A stretch of 64,000 nt of DNA from Treponema sp. (GTDB lineage Bacteria > Spirochaetota > Spirochaetia > Treponematales > Treponemataceae), in assembly GCA_023231445.1 (NCBI GenBank), contig JALNVF010000002.1:481-64480 (forward strand), given 5' to 3'. This document shows, one piece after another, positions 57,033 through 64,000 of the stretch (position 1 is its first letter; each line of letters begins with the position of its first letter). Position numbers and translations under genes: made by a program. The notes below the pieces were generated by a model. That model saw nothing but the letters and a program-made list of their open reading frames with translations, had not been told where the DNA came from and searched no databases.

Positions 57033-57740
57033 ATGAAAGTTGTAAAAATTCTGTTGATCGGAGTTTGTACCGTCTGTATTTATATAAATCAGATTTATGC
57101 ACAGGATGCATCTTCGGCAGCCGGCAGTCAGCCAGACTCGCAGTCCGTTGAGCCTGTTAAAAAAACTGTATCTGACGCAGATAAAAAGGATGCCCTTTTT
57201 TTATACCAGAACGGCGATTATGCAGGGGCGGTCAATGTATGTGAAAGCGAGCTGGCAGGTGATCCTTCCCGTGTTGAGTCGTATGTTGTCCTCTGCTGGT
57301 CACTGCTTAAAAATAAACAGTATGCTGAAGCAGAACAGCGTGCTAACGACGGATTGAAAGTCAGCCAGTATGATCTTCGTTTAATTGAAGTACTCGGCGA
57401 AGCAGAATACTATCTTGGAAAGAATACAGCTTCTCTTGAGCAGTTCCAGAAATATGTTGCAAGCGCACCTGAAAGTGCGGCCCGCGGAGGTGCAGCATAT
57501 TATTTTATGGGTGAGATATACATCAGACAGGCGCGGTATCAGCATGCGGATATATCGCTGTCTGCAGCAGTAAAAAAAGAACCACTGCTTGACCGCTGGT
57601 GGACGCGTCTCGGGTATGCACGTGAAATGGCGGGAAATTATCAGGAAGCTGCTGCTGCGTATGATGAAGCGCTTCACCTTAATTCAGCTTCGGCAGATGC
57701 AATGAGCGGCAAGAACCGGGTTACTGCTAAACTTCAGTAA
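57033..57740 (+). CDS. Exported TPR-repeat protein
   Basis: Signal peptide and TPR motifs (LYQNGDYAGA, LGEAEYYLG, YFMGEIY, LGYAREMAGNYQEA). Confidence 0.88.
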   Translation: MKVVKILLIGVCTVCIYINQIYAQDASSAAGSQPDSQSVEPVKKTVSDADKKDALFLYQNGDYAGAVNVCESELAGDPSRVESYVVLCWSLLKNKQYAEAEQRANDGLKVSQYDLRLIEVLGEAEYYLGKNTASLEQFQKYVASAPESAARGGAAYYFMGEIYIRQARYQHADISLSAAVKKEPLLDRWWTRLGYAREMAGNYQEAAAAYDEALHLNSASADAMSGKNRVTAKLQ

Positions 57741-57749
57741 GGTTTTATT

Positions 57750-59180
57750 TTGAACAGTGAGATTCTCTTTGAAACATTAGGCTGCAGGCTCAATCAGATT
57801 GAAAGCGAGTCGGCAGCCCGTTTTTTTGTTGATGCAGGTTTTTCGGTAACGATGGATGTTCCTTCTGCGTCGGATCCTGTCCTGGACAGTGTAGTCCTTT
57901 GTATTGTTAATACATGTACGGTTACGCAGAAAGCGGAGCAGAAGGCGCGCAGGGAAATACGGCTGCTGCTTGATAAATGCCCTCATGCAGCAGTTATCGT
58001 TACAGGCTGTTATGCACAGCTTGCCCCTGAAGAACTGCAGGCGCTCGGAACAAGGGTTGCTGTTCTTCCGGGACAGTGTAAAGACCGTCTTGCCGATGTG
58101 CCCCTTATACTCAAAATACTCAAAACGGAAAAGACTTTTTCTGCGCAGGGGGTTGCATCCTTTCTTCGGACTACACTGTTTGCAAAACCTCCTGAAAAAC
58201 GGGGTACCGCCGAACAGTCGTTCCGGCTGGCAACTGATACGTTTCTTGCGCATTCCCGTTCATCAATAAAAATACAGGACGGATGCGACAATTCGTGCTC
58301 GTACTGCGCTATTCATATTGCCCGGGGACACTCTGTATCGCTTCCTGTACAGGAGGTCATTAACCGTATCCGTGTTCTTCAGAAAGCCGGACAGCATGAA
58401 GTAGTATTTACGACGGTGAACATAGCACAGTACCGCGGAGAATATAACGGGGCCTGCCTTAATTTTTCTGAAATGCTTGCCGTACTTTTAAAAGAAACAG
58501 ATGACATTTCTTTCCGCATTTCAAGCATATATCCGGAACTGGTAGACGATCGTTTCTGTGAAGTTGTTTCCGACAGTCGTGTCCGTCCTCATTTTCATAT
58601 TTCTGTACAGAGTGGAAGCGATAAAATCCTTTCCGCCATGAACAGAAATTATCGGGCATCAGATGTTGTTCGTTCTGTCGAAATGCTTCGGCAGGCAAAA
58701 GAAGATCCGTTTTTAGCGTGTGATATAATTGCGGGTTTTCCCGGAGAATCTGATGACGATTTTGAGCGGACAATGGACTTGTGCCGTACATGCGGGTTTG
58801 CATATGTACATGTTTTTCCCTTTTCTGTGCGTCCGGGGACAGCAGCTGCTTTGCTTAAACCGAAAGTACCGCAGTCTGTTGCCCGCAGTCGTGTAAAAAA
58901 GTTGACTGATTTTGCCGTACAGAATAAAATTGCGTATATTAATTCATATAGGAATAGAACAGTACGTGCTGTAGCAGAGACAGCAAAACATCCTCTGTTG
59001 TATGCCGCCGGTGTAACAGGTGTTAACGTTGTGACGGAAAATTTTCTGCACTGCACTGCAAAATGCTGCGGAAAAAATGTACCAGTACCGGGAGATGAGG
59101 TCAATGTGCGCATTATACGCCCGCTCGAAGAGTCTGTACGCAGCGGTGCGGAAATAGACGCGGAGGCAGAGATTGTCTGA
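57750..59180 (+). CDS. mtaB: MtaB-type radical SAM tRNA methylthiotransferase
   Basis: TLGCRLNQIES, NTCTVT, TGCYAQ (auxiliary cluster); QDGCDNSCSYC; HISVQSGS; IAGFPGE; HVFPFS.RPGT. Confidence 0.88.
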   Translation: MNSEILFETLGCRLNQIESESAARFFVDAGFSVTMDVPSASDPVLDSVVLCIVNTCTVTQKAEQKARREIRLLLDKCPHAAVIVTGCYAQLAPEELQALGTRVAVLPGQCKDRLADVPLILKILKTEKTFSAQGVASFLRTTLFAKPPEKRGTAEQSFRLATDTFLAHSRSSIKIQDGCDNSCSYCAIHIARGHSVSLPVQEVINRIRVLQKAGQHEVVFTTVNIAQYRGEYNGACLNFSEMLAVLLKETDDISFRISSIYPELVDDRFCEVVSDSRVRPHFHISVQSGSDKILSAMNRNYRASDVVRSVEMLRQAKEDPFLACDIIAGFPGESDDDFERTMDLCRTCGFAYVHVFPFSVRPGTAAALLKPKVPQSVARSRVKKLTDFAVQNKIAYINSYRNRTVRAVAETAKHPLLYAAGVTGVNVVTENFLHCTAKCCGKNVPVPGDEVNVRIIRPLEESVRSGAEIDAEAEIV

Positions 59181-60528
59181 AACGACAAAACTATATTACG
59201 GTGAAGAAACAAAAAAGGCACTTGCAGTACTTGGCGGAGCCCGCATGCCGCGCATGCTTGTCAGGGCATACGGAGAAGTTAAACTTGCGACCCTGCGTGC
59301 CCAGCAGCAGACAGCCCGTATATATCCGGACGATTATTTTCCATTCCTTGAAAAGGCTGTACAAAATGTAATCGACGGTGTATATGACACCAGTTTTCCT
59401 CTGCCGCTTGCACAGGGAGGGGCCGGTACCAGTATTCATATGAATATCTGTGAAGTTATTGCCTGTGCGGCAAACGAAATGTATGCGGAGTCTTATCCTT
59501 CTTCAACGTTCCGGGCGCATCCGCTTGATCATATTGCACGGTTCCAGTCGACAAATGACACATTTCCTACTGCTGTTATTATCATGGTATACCGCGAACT
59601 CGAGGATATAGAAAACGGTATTATAAAACTTCAGGAGCAGCTTGTTCTGCGTGAAACGCAGTATGAGAACGTGCTTATAACCGGACGGACTGAACTTCAG
59701 GATGCGCTGCCGATGACGCTGGGACAGGTTTTCAGTGCATGGTCAGGACCTGTGGAACGTGACCGGTGGCGGTTCAATAAGCTCCGGGAACGATTAAGAA
59801 CAATACCTCTCGGAGGAACGGCCGTCGGAACTGGTTTTTCCGCTCCGGTAGAATATGTATTTGCAGCGGAAAAAGAACTCCGGCGCATAACAAAACTTCC
59901 GCTTTCCCGCAGCCAGAATCTGTGTGATCAGGTTTCACATACCGACAGTCTGGCCGAATGTGCGTACGGTATGGGGCTGTGTGCGGATAATCTGTGCAAA
60001 TTTGCCGGCGATCTGCTCCTGTATACTTCTTCGTTATGCGGCGAAATGAAACACGGAGAGGTTCAGTATGGCTCTACGATAATGCCGGACAAAGTGAATC
60101 CCGTCCTGCTGGAACTCATCAGAGGTAAATGTCTTGAATGCAGCGCCCTTGCAAGCCTTACCGGCGAATACAGCAGAGGCGGCCAGCTGCAGCTTAATGC
60201 GAATCTCCCGTTTATGGCACTTGAGTTTATCCGTATGAGCGAAGATCTGACGACGTCACTCAGTATTGCATCGGAGAAGCTTATGAACATGCTTCAGATA
60301 AACGACGGGATAATTGAAGCTCATCTTGCATCAAGCGGCGCGCTGCTGAACGTGTTCAAGGATGTGCTGAGTTATACGGAAATAAAGTCCATGCTGCCGG
60401 AAATAAGAAAAGCCGGTATTACGACAAAAAATGCACTTGCTGATTTTCTTGAAACTCATACGTCATTGAAGAGAGAAATTATCGACGAAAAACTTACTGT
60501 TACCAGTATGACAGGATACACTAAATGA
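59173..60528 (+). CDS. aspA: Aspartate ammonia-lyase/fumarase superfamily protein
   Basis: QGGAGTSIHMN, QSTNDTFPT, GRTELQDALP, GGTAVGTG, GSTIMPDKVNP, GQLQLN; TTG start after GGAGG. The substrate is not proven. Confidence 0.8.
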   Translation: MSETTKLYYGEETKKALAVLGGARMPRMLVRAYGEVKLATLRAQQQTARIYPDDYFPFLEKAVQNVIDGVYDTSFPLPLAQGGAGTSIHMNICEVIACAANEMYAESYPSSTFRAHPLDHIARFQSTNDTFPTAVIIMVYRELEDIENGIIKLQEQLVLRETQYENVLITGRTELQDALPMTLGQVFSAWSGPVERDRWRFNKLRERLRTIPLGGTAVGTGFSAPVEYVFAAEKELRRITKLPLSRSQNLCDQVSHTDSLAECAYGMGLCADNLCKFAGDLLLYTSSLCGEMKHGEVQYGSTIMPDKVNPVLLELIRGKCLECSALASLTGEYSRGGQLQLNANLPFMALEFIRMSEDLTTSLSIASEKLMNMLQINDGIIEAHLASSGALLNVFKDVLSYTEIKSMLPEIRKAGITTKNALADFLETHTSLKREIIDEKLTVTSMTGYTK

Positions 60529-61517
60529 TAAAAGCTGAAATTACCGGCAAAGATCTTAATAATCATCTTGTGTCAATTGAAAAAGACGGGATGACGCTGT
60601 TTTCGCTTGAGAACGGATTGTTCCGTGGAGCATTTTACAACGGAACATATATGGTGAATCAGATGCGCGCAAATCACAACCTTGGTATTCTTGAAACGAT
60701 GGTTCTCGGACAGGCGGAATTATGCGCGGCAATGCTTATTCCCCTTATGAAGGGAAGAGAACACATTACGTTCCGGTATGAAACAGACGGAGCCGCCAGA
60801 GGTTTTTCTGTAGAGGCCGACAGTGCCGGATATGTGCGGGGACATCTGCTGCAGGATACGATTCCGGTAGATAAACCACTTGAAAACTGGGATCTTGCTC
60901 CTTTTTTCGGGAACGGAACTGTCTCTATCAGCCGTATGAGTGATGGTATGAAACAGCCTCAGTCAGGAACAACCGAGATAAAATACAGGAATATAGCCAG
61001 GGACCTTACCTGGTATTTTGCTCAGTCTGAGCAGATACATACTGCCGTAAATACGGGGATTCAGTTTGACAGACAGGGAAATGTGATCGGTGCCGGCGGT
61101 CTTTTCCTTCAGGCCGTCCCTGATACGGGCGGAAATAAAAGCCCAGACGGGTTACTTGGACGCAGCGCCCAGACGGGAGCAGGCATGCAGAGTCCTGATG
61201 AAATCAATATACTTACTGAAAAAATTGAGAATGTGTTTCAGCTTGCACCGTCGCTCGGGCAATGGTTTGCGGAAGGTGGAAACAGAAACAATATTATAAT
61301 GGGGCTGTTCCGTGAATTTAAACCGGTAATACTTCTTGAACGTGATGTTATTTTTGATTGTCCGTGCAGTACCCGTTATTTTACTCAGCGGATAAAAAAT
61401 CTGGGGGAAAAGGATCTTAACGATATTATTAAGAATGATCCTGATCCGCTGGAAGTTATATGCCGGAACTGCGGTTCTGTCTATCACATTACGAAGCAGA
61501 TGCTTCAGGATGCATAA
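60525..61517 (+). CDS. hslO: Hsp33 redox-regulated chaperone
   Basis: YFAQSEQIHT, AGGLFLQAVP, C-terminal Zn motif CPC...CRNC. Confidence 0.92.
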   Translation: MIKAEITGKDLNNHLVSIEKDGMTLFSLENGLFRGAFYNGTYMVNQMRANHNLGILETMVLGQAELCAAMLIPLMKGREHITFRYETDGAARGFSVEADSAGYVRGHLLQDTIPVDKPLENWDLAPFFGNGTVSISRMSDGMKQPQSGTTEIKYRNIARDLTWYFAQSEQIHTAVNTGIQFDRQGNVIGAGGLFLQAVPDTGGNKSPDGLLGRSAQTGAGMQSPDEINILTEKIENVFQLAPSLGQWFAEGGNRNNIIMGLFREFKPVILLERDVIFDCPCSTRYFTQRIKNLGEKDLNDIIKNDPDPLEVICRNCGSVYHITKQMLQDA

Positions 61518-61518
61518 T

Positions 61519-62754
61519 ATGGACGAAACACCATTATCCGAATCAGTGAGCATTGTGCTGGCTGGAAACCGTAATGCGGGGAAGTCCTCACTTCTTAATG
61601 CAATATTCCGGAAAGACATCGCTATTGTTTCATCTACCCCGGGAACTACGACAGATCCGGTAACAAGGAAGATAGAGCTGGGCAGACTCGGTGCATGTTC
61701 GGTAACCGATACAGCAGGACTTGATGATGAGGGCGAACTGGGTGTTCAACGTATTGAAAAAACAAAGGAGCGGCTGACATCCGCTGACCTTGTTCTGTTT
61801 GTTTCTCCGCAGGATAAGCCTGTTACACAGAGCGAAAGGGAACTGTTGTCGTGGATTGAACAAAAGAAAATCGTATATATTGGTGTTAATACGTTTGCGG
61901 ACAGGGCGGCAGACGAAAGTAAAATGCATTTTTTCCCGTCAGAAAAAAAGGTAACGCTGTGTACTGCTTCGGGTACGCAGCCTGATATTGCTGTTCTTCT
62001 TGGAAAAATAGAGTCGATGGAGAATGCAATACGCAGAGAACTTACTCCTGTTGAGGGAATTGTTCATGAGGGAGAGTTCGTGATGCTTGTAACGCCGATA
62101 GATCTTGCCGCTCCTGCAGGACGCCTTATTCTTCCTCAGGTAGAAACGATCAGAGATCTGCTCGACCGAGACTGTTCCGCGCTTATAGTCAAGGAACGCG
62201 AATTATACGACATATATCACAGTATCGGACGGAAGCCGGAGCTTGTGATCACCGACAGTCAGGTGTTCAGCAAAGTTGCGGCGGATATAGACGACGATCA
62301 GAAGCTTACGTCCTTTTCAATATTATTTGCACGTAAAAAGGGCGATCCGCTGTACTTTATAGAGAGCCTGAAAGCGCTTTCTCATTTTCCAAAAGGCGGA
62401 AGGGTTCTTATTATGGAAGCGTGTTCCCATCACCGTCAGGCGGACGATCTTGGAACAGTCAAAATACCCCGTCTTTTTAGGCAGCTGGTCGATTCGGAAG
62501 CTGTGTTTGAACATACCCGCAGTATGCCTGAACATCCGGAAGCGTATGATATGATTATCCATTGTGCAGGATGCATGATAACGCAGCATATGATGAATGA
62601 TAAAATTGAAGTTTTCAGACGTAACCGCATACCGGTACTTAATTACGGTATGTTCCTTGCATGGGCAAACGGGCTTATGCCCCGCGCCCTTGAACCATTC
62701 TCTGATTTATACAGTGCGTACCGGCACAGCGACAGCATGATTATTGACAAATAA
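61519..62754 (+). CDS. hydF: [FeFe]-hydrogenase H-cluster maturation GTPase HydF
   Basis: GNRNAGKSS, GTTTDP, DTAGLDD, PIDLAAPAGRLILPQV, TDSQVF, TSFSILFAR.KG, CSH...HCAGC Fe-S motif. Start placed at ATG 61519. Confidence 0.95.
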   Translation: MDETPLSESVSIVLAGNRNAGKSSLLNAIFRKDIAIVSSTPGTTTDPVTRKIELGRLGACSVTDTAGLDDEGELGVQRIEKTKERLTSADLVLFVSPQDKPVTQSERELLSWIEQKKIVYIGVNTFADRAADESKMHFFPSEKKVTLCTASGTQPDIAVLLGKIESMENAIRRELTPVEGIVHEGEFVMLVTPIDLAAPAGRLILPQVETIRDLLDRDCSALIVKERELYDIYHSIGRKPELVITDSQVFSKVAADIDDDQKLTSFSILFARKKGDPLYFIESLKALSHFPKGGRVLIMEACSHHRQADDLGTVKIPRLFRQLVDSEAVFEHTRSMPEHPEAYDMIIHCAGCMITQHMMNDKIEVFRRNRIPVLNYGMFLAWANGLMPRALEPFSDLYSAYRHSDSMIIDK

Positions 62755-62849
62755 TACACTTTTTGTCAGAATGTATTTCTCTTTGTTTGAATGTGACAAA
62801 ATGTTCCAATATGTCACGTTGTTGTTCATGCAGGAGGAGAGAAATATAT

Positions 62850-64000
62850 ATGACAAAAATAGCAGCAGTTGAAAAAATAAAGTCGTTTTTTGATAAAACG
62901 ACCTCGGAATGTCTGCCGGAAAATCTTCCGCTTCTGCTGCGGCAACGTGCGCAGAATTGTCCCGACAACACACTTCAGGTAGTAAAAAATGAAGTAGGTG
63001 AATACGAATATCACAGTTACAAGCGTGTATATAACAGGACCGTGGAAATGGCCTGTGCTTTAAAAAAAATAGGAGTACACCGCGGAAGTCTGGTTGGTTT
63101 TATTGCCGATAACCGCCGCGAATGGCTTATTCTTGATATGGGAATTCTTTCGCTTGGTGCTTCAGACATTCCGCGTGGGTGTGATTCGACAGGAACAGAA
63201 ATCGCGTTCATTCTTAATTTTGTGAACTGCAGTATCTGTGTTTTCGAAAATCAGCGGCAGTTCAGAAAAATACTGGAATGCGGAGAAAAAGTTCCGTCAT
63301 TGAAGACGGTGATTTTTATTGATTCCCCCGATGACTCTGTAAGAAACGATGCGGAAAAACTGGGAATTACTATTTATAAATATGTCGATCTTGAAGACAG
63401 CGGGCGGTATGCGTCTGTTTCAGAACGCAAAGACGTGGAAGAAGAAATGAACCGGACCGGACGTAATGAAACTGCAACAATCATATTTACTTCAGGAACG
63501 ACGGGAATGCCGAAAGGTGTTATGCTTACTCATGATAATTACATAGCGCAGTGTGAAGCGGTAAAGACGGCGCTTCCGAATACGAAAGACGGAGATATAT
63601 GGCTTACTGTTCTGCCTGTATGGCACAGTTTTGAACGGGCATTTCAATATTTTATTATTACACTCAAGTCCGGCATGGCATATTCAAAGCCGGCCGCGTC
63701 TGTAATGCTGCAGGATATGAAGAACATTCATCCGAACTGGATGTGCGGTGTTCCCCGTTTGTGGGATTCTCTTGCACACGGAATTTTCAAGCAGATAAAA
63801 AAAGAAAACAAAGCATCCCGCTTCTCATTCGCAGCAGCAGTTTATATTGGAAAAATATTCACCAAATCACGCGATCGTGTATGCGGACTTGTCTGCCGGT
63901 ATAGAAAAGAAACACGTTTTTTTGATTTTTTGTACGGAATCATTCCCTTTATTTTATCTGCCCCGTTTTATGGTATATGCGAGCTTGTAATTTACCGCAG
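62850..64000 (+). CDS. fadD: Long-chain fatty-acid--CoA ligase (3' truncated by window edge)
   Basis: Not in the ORF track; SD AGGAGG, MTKIAAVEK...ADNRREW...IIFTSGTTGMPKGVMLTH...LPVWHSFER...GVPRLW. Confidence 0.93.
   Translation, partial: MTKIAAVEKIKSFFDKTTSECLPENLPLLLRQRAQNCPDNTLQVVKNEVGEYEYHSYKRVYNRTVEMACALKKIGVHRGSLVGFIADNRREWLILDMGILSLGASDIPRGCDSTGTEIAFILNFVNCSICVFENQRQFRKILECGEKVPSLKTVIFIDSPDDSVRNDAEKLGITIYKYVDLEDSGRYASVSERKDVEEEMNRTGRNETATIIFTSGTTGMPKGVMLTHDNYIAQCEAVKTALPNTKDGDIWLTVLPVWHSFERAFQYFIITLKSGMAYSKPAASVMLQDMKNIHPNWMCGVPRLWDSLAHGIFKQIKKENKASRFSFAAAVYIGKIFTKSRDRVCGLVCRYRKETRFFDFLYGIIPFILSAPFYGICELVIYR

Noticed and set aside
57750-59180. Radical SAM gene as a substitute for HydE/HydG
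   Set aside because: It has the full methylthiotransferase architecture (three-Cys N-domain, CxxxCxxC, TRAM-like tail) typical of MtaB, not HydE/HydG motifs.
1-64000. CRISPR arrays, IS elements, integrases, rRNA/tRNA genes, frameshifted pseudogenes
   Set aside because: None seen on reading either strand; intergenic gaps are short and the genes are full length.

Overview
A gene-dense, mostly housekeeping 64-kb segment of a spirochaete, very probably a Treponema (inferred from the tamB-bamA-skp-mutS, cheW-degT-nadK-recN and ribF-rpsO-pnp-dut-lptFG gene orders, which I recall from treponemal genomes). I found no rRNA, tRNA, CRISPR array, IS or prophage. About 52 CDS are supported, including two edge-truncated genes missing from the ORF track: a cysteine desulfurase (1-881, -) and a long-chain acyl-CoA ligase (62850 onward, +). 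Best leads: (1) a five-gene, translationally coupled operon joining a UDP-sugar 4,6-dehydratase and a DegT aminotransferase to a three-subunit xanthine-dehydrogenase-fold complex whose large subunit has lost the recognisable molybdopterin-binding motifs; (2) an unannotated ~360-nt structured minus-strand RNA candidate upstream of ilvE, with UACG tetraloops, G-U wobbles that favour one strand, switchable helices and an intrinsic terminator; (3) a second DegT-family protein lacking the PLP lysine; (4) an mtaB-aspA-like-hsp33-hydF operon with no hydE/hydG in the window; (5) motif-level oddities in IlvE (histone-H1-like tail), MnmA (missing third Cys), Tmk (Walker A Lys to Thr) and several cell-envelope pseudo-enzymes. 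All motif comparisons were made by eye; no database search or folding program was run.
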